64,000 bases of DNA from Bacteriovoracaceae bacterium (GCA_024711325.1 JANJTC010000005.1:1204172-1268171); one strand, 5' to 3'. Positions 9,219 through 18,926 are shown, counted from the first letter of the stretch. Program-made: numbers and translations. Notes: a model not told the origin generated them from the sequence alone.

Positions 9219-9743
9219 ATGAAACCATCAGAAGTCCTAAAAGTAATCGGCAACAGTTTTCCTCATCCAATTACACTGGTTGATGTTAATCTGCCTGATC
9301 AACCATTGGTCTATGTAAATCAGGCCTTCAGTAATCTAACTCAATATAGTTATGAGGAAGTCATTGGGAAAAATTGCCGTTTCCTTCAAGGTGCTTTAAC
9401 TGATCCGGAAGCCGTCTTAAGAATCAGACAGGCCATTACTCTTAGAAATCCCATCTGCCAGGATCTTCTTAATTATAATAAGCAAAATGAAATTTTTTAT
9501 AATCGTCTTGTTTTGATTCCATTACGTGAAGGTAATGCTGTTTATTATTTAGGTCTTCAGCATGAAATGGCCCAAGCTCAGTTTAAAAAAGTAAATGAAG
9601 TGGGCCAGAATGAATTATTGGATAAAACGAACAATCCATTAACGATTATCATGAGTTCATTTGCATTTCCGGAAGCCGAAGGCTCGGGGAAGCGGATGAT
9701 CGAGTCAATGACGAGAATTAGAGGTTATGTTTTAAGTCTTTAG
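9219..9743 (+). CDS. short LOV (light-oxygen-voltage) flavin photosensor with a C-terminal helical extension
   Basis: LOV signature GKNCRFLQG, plus the NYNKQNEIFYNRLVLIPL and YYLGLQHE flavin-pocket blocks. 174 aa with no enzymatic output domain. Confidence 0.85.
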   Translation: MKPSEVLKVIGNSFPHPITLVDVNLPDQPLVYVNQAFSNLTQYSYEEVIGKNCRFLQGALTDPEAVLRIRQAITLRNPICQDLLNYNKQNEIFYNRLVLIPLREGNAVYYLGLQHEMAQAQFKKVNEVGQNELLDKTNNPLTIIMSSFAFPEAEGSGKRMIESMTRIRGYVLSL

Positions 9744-9755
9744 TTGTTCAAACAA

Positions 9756-10541
9756 TTAGAGGAACCAACACGCGGGCCGGGCCCATTTTGCATCATTACA
9801 TTCATTCTCAGAAAGTCCCGAACATAGGGTTCCATTGATAAAAGTCTGATATCGGCAATCGAGACTTGGATACTCACCTACATGATTAAGGGTGCGGTCT
9901 GAACGCTCGTTTTCAATTCTGCCAAAAAATCCTGAAAGTACATTCATCGCTTGAAGCATCTTTTGGTAGACAAGAACTGTTTGATGAGAGGCCACCAAAG
10001 TTTCAAGACATTGGTTCTTTTTTTCTTGGTCCTCATAGTTTTGGTTACATTCCTCGGCCATTGAAGGATTAAGGAGGCCTTGGTTGTCCGAAAACAGATC
10101 AGGCAGCTTCTGGCCAAGGTTCTTGATACAGTCGCTTGTAGCAAAGTAGTCGGCCTGGCCTTCACATGACATCTTTTTAGGGGCGCGGCTGCGAACGGCA
10201 GGAGTTAATTGGATCCCCACAACATAAGGTTCTCCCCCCAGGAAATGGCCGATTTCATGGCATAAAATAATACCTAAGGTGGACTTGGTTTGCTCCTTCA
10301 ATGAGAGGAGGGTCTCCACCACAGTGACTTCCCAGGTCCCATCTACTCTCTTGGCAGCAAAGGCATTGGGTGAATCAGTAGATTCTTTAAGGGTAAATTT
10401 AAGCTTTCCACCTAGTGAACGGATTTGTTCAGCGTAAGTTGTTTCAAGAGTTCTTGTTAATTGAAGATAATCAGCTTTATCAATTGAAGCTTGAGACAGG
10501 TGACTGAATAAAAGAAAGGCCAATAAGAAGAGTTTAGACAT
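9756..10541 (-). CDS. secreted Cys-rich putative zinc metallopeptidase
   Basis: Signal peptide MSKLFLLAFLLFSHLSQA, an HExxH motif (CHEIGHFLGG) and many Cys residues in the C-terminal half. Confidence 0.55.
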   Translation of the reverse strand: MSKLFLLAFLLFSHLSQASIDKADYLQLTRTLETTYAEQIRSLGGKLKFTLKESTDSPNAFAAKRVDGTWEVTVVETLLSLKEQTKSTLGIILCHEIGHFLGGEPYVVGIQLTPAVRSRAPKKMSCEGQADYFATSDCIKNLGQKLPDLFSDNQGLLNPSMAEECNQNYEDQEKKNQCLETLVASHQTVLVYQKMLQAMNVLSGFFGRIENERSDRTLNHVGEYPSLDCRYQTFINGTLCSGLSENECNDAKWARPACWFL

Positions 10542-10598
10542 GCCTTCTTATAACATTGTTTGGACTCAACAAATGGAAAGTGTGAAAAAAACACACGA

Positions 10599-11384
10599 TT
10601 ACCAGGTGAAGTTATAGGTAATGACCACTGAGATTACGTTTCCGGTTAAGTCTTCAAAGCCGTAGGTGCTGTCTTCTTCTCCGGGGATTTGGCGGAAATC
10701 CTGGGTGAATTTATCATAGAAATTAACGACGTGATAAATACCTTCTACACTGATGTAGGACTGTTTGAGTTCCACTGGAAATTCCAGGCCCGCCCCAATT
10801 CCGGTTCCAATTCCGCCTCCGGAATCTTTAGGGATTTCACGATCAATGAATTTACTGGTCTGATACCAATACTCCAGACGGCCAATCAAATGGGGATTTG
10901 AGTAAGTGATTGCCGTCCCTAAATCTGTGGTGTCAATGTAGTACTTGTAGCCAACAAACACTCGGGTAAAATCTGTCACCACAGCACCAATAGGACCTTG
11001 ATCAGGATAACCATTCACCACGGTATCCAGGATCATGGTGTGTTTGGAGTATTCAAGACCGAGAGTGATGGCCTTTTGGAAATCCAGAAAATAGTTAACT
11101 GATAAGTGAAAAGTCGGATGATTGTCTTCATAGGCCGCACCACGGTTACCGGTAAAGGTAGTGAAACCTCCGCCTAAGTTAACCGAGAAAAAACGGCCGT
11201 AACGGTAAAAGCGTTCATCTTCCAGGACTTGGGCAGATTCCAGATCCTCATTGAAGTCTGAGAAAATATCACTACCCGGATTAAGATCATCTTCCACTTC
11301 CTGCATAATCTGCTCAGAAGACTGAGCGAAAAGCGAGAAGGGCATGAGGATTAGAAATAGAAGGAGGATTTTATTCATCAACAT
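10599..11384 (-). CDS. outer-membrane beta-barrel-like protein
   Basis: Signal peptide ...FSLFAQS, alternating aromatic/Gly-rich strands, and a C-terminal YNFTW. Confidence 0.5.
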   Translation of the reverse strand: MLMNKILLLFLILMPFSLFAQSSEQIMQEVEDDLNPGSDIFSDFNEDLESAQVLEDERFYRYGRFFSVNLGGGFTTFTGNRGAAYEDNHPTFHLSVNYFLDFQKAITLGLEYSKHTMILDTVVNGYPDQGPIGAVVTDFTRVFVGYKYYIDTTDLGTAITYSNPHLIGRLEYWYQTSKFIDREIPKDSGGGIGTGIGAGLEFPVELKQSYISVEGIYHVVNFYDKFTQDFRQIPGEEDSTYGFEDLTGNVISVVITYNFTW

Positions 11385-11387
11385 ATT

Positions 11388-11876
11388 TTATAGATAAAAA
11401 TGGACAGCGGCCTTTAAGAATTGGTCTCCCAAAGTCTCAAAGCTTCTTCCATCTTCCGAGTTTGCATTTCTGGCCGAGATACCAAATTCAAAGGAAAATC
11501 CGATACTCTCAAGACCTGTAAAATGGAATTCAGTTCCAAGAGTACCGTCGACCTGGTAGCCAGATTTAACTTTATCCTTATCATCTAAAAAGTTTTCCAT
11601 GGCAAAAAGGCCTGCCATATAGAAATTGAGCTGTGGTTCGTCAAAAATGATGCGGTAGAACTTAACTCCTGCACCGTAAAGAGTGTCATCCTCATTGGAT
11701 TTGAAACCCAATAATCCACCAAGAGCGAAGGTTTTTGATTGTTGAACCTTCAGTGAGATGGCCGGAATTCCATTGGCCAGCTGATTTGTGGCGCCAATTC
11801 CCATTCTGCCTCTCATATCCGCCGAGATAGCATGAGTGGAGAATAAGAACACAAATAAGAGGAATAATTGCTTCAT
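11388..11876 (-). CDS. small outer-membrane beta-barrel-like protein
   Basis: Signal peptide MKQLFLLFVFLFSTHAISA, Gly/aromatic strand pattern, and a C-terminal VHFYL. Lies 3 nt downstream of the preceding OMP-like gene. Confidence 0.5.
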   Translation of the reverse strand: MKQLFLLFVFLFSTHAISADMRGRMGIGATNQLANGIPAISLKVQQSKTFALGGLLGFKSNEDDTLYGAGVKFYRIIFDEPQLNFYMAGLFAMENFLDDKDKVKSGYQVDGTLGTEFHFTGLESIGFSFEFGISARNANSEDGRSFETLGDQFLKAAVHFYL

Positions 11877-11969
11877 TCTTTAAGTCTAAGGAATCTTTTG
11901 ATCTTTGACAACGAGTGAGCAGGAGTTTTAAACTTCTATTGAATTTTAAAGATCAAAAGGACCATAAAA

Positions 11970-12635
11970 ATGAGCGAAGCGACTCAAACTCAAACTCTTG
12001 AACAGACACTCAATAAAACAGACTTGGGTCACACAATTTATGAGCATCGAAAATCACTTTTCATTCTCTTGATCGCCATTTTGGTTGGGGCCACTGGATT
12101 TGTTTTTTGGAAACAATCTCAACAGTCGGCTGCCCTGAATAACTCCGTAAAAGTCTTTGAATTTCAAACTGGTCCATGGGCAGAAGCAAAAGCAGGGAAA
12201 ATAGAGACTGCTGCTTTAATCAAGGCCTTTGGAAATCTTGATGAAAGCGTTCGTACTGCTCCAGTGATGCTTCCCGTGGCCTTGGAAATGAGTAAATTCC
12301 TCTATGAAAAAGGAAATTACGCGGAGGCTGATTCGGTTCTTTCTTCCCTTTCTGGTTTAACTCATCCGGTAGCTTCATTTTTTGTGGCGATGCAAAGATC
12401 TGCAATCCTGGAAAAACTTGGAAAAGTTGATGAGGCGATTGCTGTACTTGAGCCGCTAGCACAAAAAAAAGAAGTTTTAATGCCAGCGAAAGTGTCCCTT
12501 GATCTTGGACGCCTTTATCTTGCAAAAGGTGAAAAAGGCAAGGCCCAGACACAATTTGATTACGTTATGAACACTTTTCCGAATGATGATCAGGCCAAGC
12601 TTGCGAAACTGTATCTTTCACAAATTGCTCAATGA
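11970..12635 (+). CDS. YfgM-like membrane-anchored TPR protein
   Basis: One N-terminal TM helix (LFILLIAILVGATGFVFW) followed by a TPR-like helical region. It sits immediately upstream of bamB and overlaps it, as yfgM does in E. coli. Confidence 0.6.
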   Translation: MSEATQTQTLEQTLNKTDLGHTIYEHRKSLFILLIAILVGATGFVFWKQSQQSAALNNSVKVFEFQTGPWAEAKAGKIETAALIKAFGNLDESVRTAPVMLPVALEMSKFLYEKGNYAEADSVLSSLSGLTHPVASFFVAMQRSAILEKLGKVDEAIAVLEPLAQKKEVLMPAKVSLDLGRLYLAKGEKGKAQTQFDYVMNTFPNDDQAKLAKLYLSQIAQ

Positions 12636-13723
12636 AATACTTCTTTTTAATTCTTCTCTCTGTGGCCTGTGGAACCTTTAAACCTCAGGCACCGGAGAAA
12701 AAAACAGATTTTTTTAAAGTTGCTTGGGTTAAAAACCTGGATCCAGAGTATGTTTCAGGGAACCTCCCGATCGGCTTAGGTGCGCCTCGAATTTTTAACG
12801 ACATCGTTTACATGGGAAGCATGAGTGGAGTTATGTCTGCTTATGATGTTGAAAGTGGCAGGGCCCTTTGGTCATCCAATGACAAAACTCCCTTGGGTGG
12901 GCCGGTAGAATTCTTCAACGACCATGTGGCCTATGGAGGTCTCTCAGGCCGTTTTTTTGTTCGTCACTATCTGACTGGTGAGTTGAAATATGCCATTGAT
13001 TTAGGTGCCCCGGTGGAGAGTGCACCTTTTTATTCTAAAGGCCACCTCTTGGTTTATTTACGTGGTCATCAGATTGTTCACTTAGATGCTGAAACGGGTA
13101 AAATTCTTTGGGTGTATAAACGGGCGGTGCCTGTGACTACGACCTTGCAGCGAACGACCAGACCACTTTTAATCGGAAACAAAGTAATTTTAGGTTTTGC
13201 TGATGGATTTGTGGGAGCACTTTCCCTGGAAGAAGGTCTACTGCTTTGGGAAACAAAAGTGGTAGAGCAGTCCAAGTTTATCGATGCTGATTTAAATCCC
13301 GTATTAGTCGGGGGAGTCATTGTTACGGGATCTCCTTCCGGCGATCTTAAGGCACTGAATCCTGATAATGGTGCCATCTCTCGAAGCTATGGCGTTAGCG
13401 TAATGGCCCATCCTGTCTTAAGAGGGGAACAAATTATTCTGGGCACCAATGATGGGGAAGTGATTCTCATGAGTTTTGGGGGAGAAATTCTTAAAAGGGT
13501 TTCTGTATCTGATCAACCAGTGAGTGCTGTTGGCTGGTGGAAAGAACATCTTGTTGCAGCTAGCTTTGATGGAAAAATTCGTGCTATCGATCCCTTAACG
13601 CTGAAAGTGGTGGATGAGTTCGCTATGGGCTATGACTACTCATCAGTATTTTCAGATCTGGTTATTACGGATGATGCCATGGCAGTTTACTCATCACGGA
13701 ATCGGCTTTACTTGTTCCGTTAA
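12632..13723 (+). CDS. bamB: outer-membrane assembly lipoprotein BamB-like (PQQ-type beta-propeller)
   Basis: Lipobox LLSVAC, repeated G-x-hydrophobic-x-A-hydrophobic-D/N propeller blades, and yfgM-bamB synteny. Confidence 0.75.
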   Translation: MKYFFLILLSVACGTFKPQAPEKKTDFFKVAWVKNLDPEYVSGNLPIGLGAPRIFNDIVYMGSMSGVMSAYDVESGRALWSSNDKTPLGGPVEFFNDHVAYGGLSGRFFVRHYLTGELKYAIDLGAPVESAPFYSKGHLLVYLRGHQIVHLDAETGKILWVYKRAVPVTTTLQRTTRPLLIGNKVILGFADGFVGALSLEEGLLLWETKVVEQSKFIDADLNPVLVGGVIVTGSPSGDLKALNPDNGAISRSYGVSVMAHPVLRGEQIILGTNDGEVILMSFGGEILKRVSVSDQPVSAVGWWKEHLVAASFDGKIRAIDPLTLKVVDEFAMGYDYSSVFSDLVITDDAMAVYSSRNRLYLFR

Positions 13724-13823
13724 AAATAATTTATCTATAAAATTCTGTCACTTCTCTGACATCCTTTGCTTTTCAATCTTGTAAGCGGCTAACATTAATA
13801 GATTGAAAACAAAGGATTTCACG

Positions 13824-15137
13824 ATGAAATTATTTTTTGCTTTTTCGCTTCTCGCATTAACGGCTTCCGCCGGCGCCAATGTCAAGATTCAGGAAGAACT
13901 ATTTGTCCCAGGTAAAAACCCCGCAATTGTTAAAGACTTAGTCGATACCGGTTCCGTAATCATTGATCACGTGACCTCCGAAGGTTTTGAACTTTATGGT
14001 TCAAAAGGTCTTTCGAAGTATCTTGATTCTAAGAAAATCGTTTATCTCAACATGAAAGAAATAAATGAAAAAGTTCTGGCCGATTATCCATCCTCAGCGG
14101 AAATTGCCCAAAAGCTGCAAGTGGCGGCCACTAAGTACCCTCACATCATGCGTCTTATGAACATTGGAAAATCCGTCAAAGGGAAGGACCTCTTGGTGAT
14201 GAAGATTTCAGACAATGTGGCCCGAGATGAAGTGGAACCGGAGTTTAAGTACATCTCGTCTATGCATGGTGATGAGATTACTGGTCGCGAGCTGACAGTC
14301 AGTCTGATTGAAGAAATTGGTGAAAAGTATGGAAGAGATTCTGAGATCACAGAACTTGTGAACAATACGGAAATCTTTATTATGCCTTCTATGAATCCAG
14401 ACGGAAGTGATCTTAAACAGAGGGCCAATGCCAACTGGAGCGATCTAAACCGAAATTTTCCTGACATGATCAGAGATACTCAAAGTTCACCTAATGGTCG
14501 CCAGGTTGAAGTTCAGCATGTGATGAAGTTTCAAGGGGAGAGACAATTCTCTCTGTCTGCTAATTTTCACGGTGGAACCATTGTTGCCAACTATCCTTGG
14601 GATTCAAAATACGACGCCCATCCATTAGAAGATCTGGTCAAGGCATTATCCGTTGAATACGCGGAACTCAATCCAGAAATGAGAAGCTCGCGGGAATTTC
14701 CAGGTGGGATTACCAATGGTGCTGAATGGTATGTCGTGAGAGGCGGAATGCAGGACTGGAGTTATGTCTGGCATAACGATCTGCAGATTACTGTGGAACT
14801 CTCACATACCAAGTGGCCGGCCTATAGAGATATTCCTGGATTTTATAAAGATAACCGGGACTCAATGGTTCATTATATGAAGGCCGTTCATAGAGGGGCC
14901 GGAATTAAATTTTCTCGTGCAAATGTTTCAGGTTCAGTTTCAATCAGACAAGTAGGTCCGGTTGCCCGGGATCTTGGAAGTTATGCTTTTAAAGGTTCAG
15001 AGTTTTATAAAGTTTTACCGGAAGGAGAGTACACTTTCTCAGTCCAGGAGAAAGGGACCAGTAAAGCATCTGCTTATAATCTAAGAGTTGAAAAAAATCT
15101 TATCCGTGCCAATGGAAATTATCTTCAGCTTAACTAA
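13824..15137 (+). CDS. secreted M14 zinc carboxypeptidase with a C-terminal transthyretin-like domain
   Basis: SMHGDEITGRE (HxxE zinc site), the NPDGS and NRNF blocks, and signal peptide MKLFFAFSLLALTASAGA. The start was moved from the track TTG at 13803 to the ATG at 13824. Confidence 0.85.
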   Translation: MKLFFAFSLLALTASAGANVKIQEELFVPGKNPAIVKDLVDTGSVIIDHVTSEGFELYGSKGLSKYLDSKKIVYLNMKEINEKVLADYPSSAEIAQKLQVAATKYPHIMRLMNIGKSVKGKDLLVMKISDNVARDEVEPEFKYISSMHGDEITGRELTVSLIEEIGEKYGRDSEITELVNNTEIFIMPSMNPDGSDLKQRANANWSDLNRNFPDMIRDTQSSPNGRQVEVQHVMKFQGERQFSLSANFHGGTIVANYPWDSKYDAHPLEDLVKALSVEYAELNPEMRSSREFPGGITNGAEWYVVRGGMQDWSYVWHNDLQITVELSHTKWPAYRDIPGFYKDNRDSMVHYMKAVHRGAGIKFSRANVSGSVSIRQVGPVARDLGSYAFKGSEFYKVLPEGEYTFSVQEKGTSKASAYNLRVEKNLIRANGNYLQLN

Positions 15138-15594
15138 GACCTAGTTTTTTTATGAATTCAAATTCTTCACGGGTGACTGGTAAAATTGAAAGCCGGTTAC
15201 CTCGTTGAAGAAGTCTCATCTCACTTAACTTCTTATGATTTTTCAATTCTTCCAAGGATACATGGTGATCCAGGTCCATTTCGAAGCTCACATCCACTAA
15301 AAACCAACGGGGCTGTTCTAAAGTTGTTTTCGGATCAAAATACTCGGACTCTGGGTCAAATTGAGTGGAATCTGGATAGGCCTTGGAATTAACCCGAGCG
15401 ATGCCGGCCACGCCAGGGATAGGACAGCTAGAGTGGTAAAACAGGATCAGGTCTCCCTTTTCCATCTCATCTCGCATGAAATTGCGGGCCTGATAGTTCC
15501 GCACTCCATTCCAGGGTTCTGTTTTTTTGGGACGTTTTTTCAAATCATCAAAAGAAAAGACATCGGGTTCAGATTTCATTAGCCAGTATTTCAT
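15130..15594 (-). CDS. EVE (PUA-like) domain protein
   Basis: 154 aa. MKYWLMKSEPDVFSFDDL...WNGVRNYQARNFMR is the typical EVE N-terminus. Convergent 8-nt overlap with the carboxypeptidase gene. Confidence 0.8.
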   Translation of the reverse strand: MKYWLMKSEPDVFSFDDLKKRPKKTEPWNGVRNYQARNFMRDEMEKGDLILFYHSSCPIPGVAGIARVNSKAYPDSTQFDPESEYFDPKTTLEQPRWFLVDVSFEMDLDHHVSLEELKNHKKLSEMRLLQRGNRLSILPVTREEFEFIKKLGLS

Positions 15595-15671
15595 CCCTTT
15601 ATATTGGACAATTTTCGACAGTTAATCAAGTTCAGCTTTCTTTTGACGAAAAGACTTTGGTGAGGTGGAAA

Positions 15672-16400
15672 ATGAAACATTTGAATTTTGCTTTGATGTC
15701 GGTCCTATTAGTTAGCTGCGCCCATTTTAATGATACGCCTAAGACAGTGCAGTTTCCCTATGCCTCTGAATTATTGCAGAAGGTACAAATGAAAGTTTCA
15801 CGAATGCCCGCCTCGATGGAAATGGAGGATCTAAATGAAACTTCACCTCGACGGATTTATTTTAGCGCTCTCTATCAACAATATTTAACTCTAGGTCAGC
15901 ATCTAGGCAAAACGGCCGATATGAAATTTTGTCCCCAATTTCATCATGATAAAATTCAGACCGATGCAAGTTTAGTTCCTAAGGTTTCCATGTATCGCTC
16001 CACTCACATTGATGCCGAAGGGAAAGATTATTTTCCAGAACTGGCCTTCAATCAGGATTTTTCTCTCAGGGATTATCACCTGGTGATTAAAAGTGAGCTT
16101 GAAACCCTCTGTGAAGAGGGCGTAAGTGATAATTTTTATAAATTTGATAATCTGGTGACTCATTACTCTCACAAAAAGTCTTTTCACCAGGATCCCAAGG
16201 CCATGGCCTCGGTTTTAAAAATTCCTGTGTTTGCTAATTTTTATCTGGTTAAAATGCTGGGAACCCCTGGAATCAATTTTACCAGTCCTGAAGAGAAACA
16301 TTTCATTCGTCTGACTCAAACTCATTGGTTTGAAAATTATGTCTCAGAGGCCAGTCGTATGAGAAGTCACTTCATAAAAAATAAAATGGTGAGACGTTAA
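15672..16400 (+). CDS. hypothetical lipoprotein
   Basis: Lipobox LLVSC after the ATG at 15672, with a gaggtgg SD upstream. No recognisable domain. Confidence 0.5.
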   Translation: MKHLNFALMSVLLVSCAHFNDTPKTVQFPYASELLQKVQMKVSRMPASMEMEDLNETSPRRIYFSALYQQYLTLGQHLGKTADMKFCPQFHHDKIQTDASLVPKVSMYRSTHIDAEGKDYFPELAFNQDFSLRDYHLVIKSELETLCEEGVSDNFYKFDNLVTHYSHKKSFHQDPKAMASVLKIPVFANFYLVKMLGTPGINFTSPEEKHFIRLTQTHWFENYVSEASRMRSHFIKNKMVRR

Positions 16401-16402
16401 TC

Positions 16403-17077
16403 ATGAAATACCCCTTACTTCTTCTGACCTTCCTGATTGTATCTTGTGGCAAGTATGAGTCGGAGGTTTCAAGAAACCTTATTGGCGAATCTCGCTCTGC
16501 CAGTGCACTTTCTGTATCAAGTTCAGATAGAAATAATTTAGCAAGTATTTGTGGGGCCTTGGCGCAAAAATCGACCATCTTACCCTCTATCGTCGGAACC
16601 ACAAATTTCCTTTTCACCACCATTCAATCTGATTGTGAAGGTGAGACAGTGGTGAATGCGGATATTAATGTTGTCGTTCAAAATAATGGAGCGGGTTTTG
16701 TTTTTAAGAAAAGTATCGATGGTCTGGATTACATCTTTCCGGAAGTAGAAACTCAAAGCTCAGGGCTTCTGGCCGGGGCCTGTGCAGACCTTTCTACATT
16801 CAGTAATCCTCGTCTTGAAGGCACAAGTGCCACATGGATAACTACCAACGGCATCAGTAGTAATGATTGCACTCCTTTAAATGGAGAGATTTGTGTGATG
16901 GTGGAAAAAGGCACTCTTAATAATGATCAAAACTATACCGTCCATACTAAAGAATGGATGCGATTGAGAGTCAGCTCACCAGAAGGCAAAATAGGATTTT
17001 TTACTGAAAGAAAAAGACTCACACAATCTATCTGTGGGGCCAATAAGTCTCAAATCTCCCGCGCCATCTTGAAATAA
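16403..17077 (+). CDS. Cys-rich lipoprotein, paralogue A
   Basis: Lipobox LIVSC. Six further Cys residues occupy the same relative positions as in the next gene. Confidence 0.55.
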   Translation: MKYPLLLLTFLIVSCGKYESEVSRNLIGESRSASALSVSSSDRNNLASICGALAQKSTILPSIVGTTNFLFTTIQSDCEGETVVNADINVVVQNNGAGFVFKKSIDGLDYIFPEVETQSSGLLAGACADLSTFSNPRLEGTSATWITTNGISSNDCTPLNGEICVMVEKGTLNNDQNYTVHTKEWMRLRVSSPEGKIGFFTERKRLTQSICGANKSQISRAILK

Positions 17078-17140
17078 ACTTGCCGAGCCTTTCCTAAATA
17101 GGGAACAATTATATTATCTCGTAATTGTTTAGGAGGGCCT

Positions 17141-17806
17141 ATGACTAAAGTCTTGTTACTTTCTCTTTTCATCCTTGTCTCTTGTAATGAGGAAGCACCG
17201 GTAACTCCACGCGGCAGTCTGGGAAGCATGCGTGAATTTCTACAGGAATCCGTGGATGGCAGAGAATTTCTTGCTTTATGTCTGAAGCTAGGTCAAAAGG
17301 CCGATCGTCTTCCAAGTCTTTCAACTGCTCAGGTTGAATATAACTTCTCTTACTCTCAAAAAAATTGCAATGATTTGGAACTTGGAGCATCTAAAGATGT
17401 AACTGTTACCATTGATCAAATAGGTGGCAGCTATGCTTTTAAAACAAAAGATAACTCTCAATTTGGCTTCACTCAAATCGAGACTCCATCAGAAGGAGCG
17501 ATGAAGGAGATATGTGCTAATGCTACGGCACTGACTAATCCTCTCCAGGCCGGACCGACTGGGGCCATTTGGTTTAAAAAAGTAAATCAAGAGAATTGCC
17601 GTTCGGATAAAGACCATTTCTGTGTGAAAATTGAAAAAGGATCAATTGATCAGACTTTCAATAAATATGTTATTCACACTGAAGAGTTAATTCGTTTTAG
17701 AACAACCGGTAACAATACTGGCTTCTTTGTTGAACGCTATCTGGATACGGCCGGGAACTGTACTGGCGGAAAACGCATCCAAAAGAAAACAACTCTCAAC
17801 CTGTAA
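17141..17806 (+). CDS. Cys-rich lipoprotein, paralogue B
   Basis: Lipobox ILVSC and an aggagg SD. It aligns with the 16403 gene (ICVMVEKG vs FCVKIEKG, GFFTERK vs GFFVERY). Confidence 0.55.
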   Translation: MTKVLLLSLFILVSCNEEAPVTPRGSLGSMREFLQESVDGREFLALCLKLGQKADRLPSLSTAQVEYNFSYSQKNCNDLELGASKDVTVTIDQIGGSYAFKTKDNSQFGFTQIETPSEGAMKEICANATALTNPLQAGPTGAIWFKKVNQENCRSDKDHFCVKIEKGSIDQTFNKYVIHTEELIRFRTTGNNTGFFVERYLDTAGNCTGGKRIQKKTTLNL

Positions 17807-18052
17807 ATTGTTCGCAGACAACTGAGGATAATTTTATCCTCAGCTGCGATCAGATTATATAGAGTTAAATTAGTTATCTTTAAGTAAGTTTTGGAAAGGG
17901 CCTTCATTTAAAGGCATCAATTGTATTGGATACCTGATTCTGCTTTTTAGGAATCCATATAACTCATTTAAGGTTTCTATTGTGAAACAGAAAATGATTG
18001 TTCCTTAAGAATTTCAAGCGTTTTAAAAATCCTCAGTTGTCTGCGAACAATT
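17806..18052. mobile_element. MITE-like non-autonomous element, copy 1 (perfect 24-bp terminal inverted repeats)
   Basis: aattgttcgcagacaactgaggat at 17806-17829 is the exact reverse complement of 18029-18052. There is no ORF inside. A second copy lies at 48433-48667. Both ends abut TA. Confidence 0.7.
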
Positions 18053-18854
18053 AAATGATACATCCCTGATGCATCTTCACCACCACTGTTTTCTTCAGGT
18101 CTTCATTCCAGACACTTTTACAAAACTCAATTTCAAAAATTTTCGGAGCAAGTTTAGTTTTATCTTTTGGACAACTGACTTCTGAGCGCTTTTCTTCCCA
18201 TTCGCTTAAACGAGTGAAGTCCAGATTTTCAATTTTCCAGTCCCCGTTGGGTGAAATTTTCAGGACATAAAAAAGTCCTTCTTCTTCCTTCAAGACATAC
18301 AGCTCATTCTTTTTAATAAAGAGTGGTTGATCACCAATGGGTAGCTGGTAGGTTTGGGTCTCTTTTTCTCCATAAACAATAACTGGTTGAGGGACAAGAA
18401 GCTCGCCCACAGGGACTTCAATTTGAGTCTGGTCTCGCCAGATAACAGCTCTGTCCTTTGAGAGGGATTTCAGGAAGGCCATACCTTTCAGTATCTTAGA
18501 TTCCGGGTCCTTAGGATTGTGGAGTTTGCAGTGAGAGTTAAAGAGCAGGGGTTTAAAGCCTTGTTGAGATTTTTGAGTGGTATAGAACTCCACGGGTATG
18601 CCGTATTTGGCACGGAAGAGTTCAAGGTATTGTGCCTTTTTAGCGGCCGGGACTGCTTGAACCTTGGTGAGTAAATCTTTCCAGCGGGTGAGTTGCAGGC
18701 CCATGATCTGGTCACATTCAGAATTTTCCAGGCAGCCTTTGAACTGATGATCAAAATCTTCGATGGATTGAGGATTGGGGATGACCTTAATCTGTGGAGA
18801 TGGCCGAGAAAAAGCTGAAAGCGATATAAAAAACAGTAAATAAGTTATGCGCAT
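18051..18854 (-). CDS. secreted hypothetical protein
   Basis: Signal peptide MRITYLLFFISLSAFS from the ATG at 18854 (the track starts at a TTG at 18875). No recognisable domain. Confidence 0.5.
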   Translation of the reverse strand: MRITYLLFFISLSAFSRPSPQIKVIPNPQSIEDFDHQFKGCLENSECDQIMGLQLTRWKDLLTKVQAVPAAKKAQYLELFRAKYGIPVEFYTTQKSQQGFKPLLFNSHCKLHNPKDPESKILKGMAFLKSLSKDRAVIWRDQTQIEVPVGELLVPQPVIVYGEKETQTYQLPIGDQPLFIKKNELYVLKEEEGLFYVLKISPNGDWKIENLDFTRLSEWEEKRSEVSCPKDKTKLAPKIFEIEFCKSVWNEDLKKTVVVKMHQGCII

Positions 18855-18926
18855 GGTTGTTCCTGTCGTTTCCAAATCTATTTTTTTATTATAAGCTCAT
18901 CCGAATTATAAAATTGAGGAGGATTC

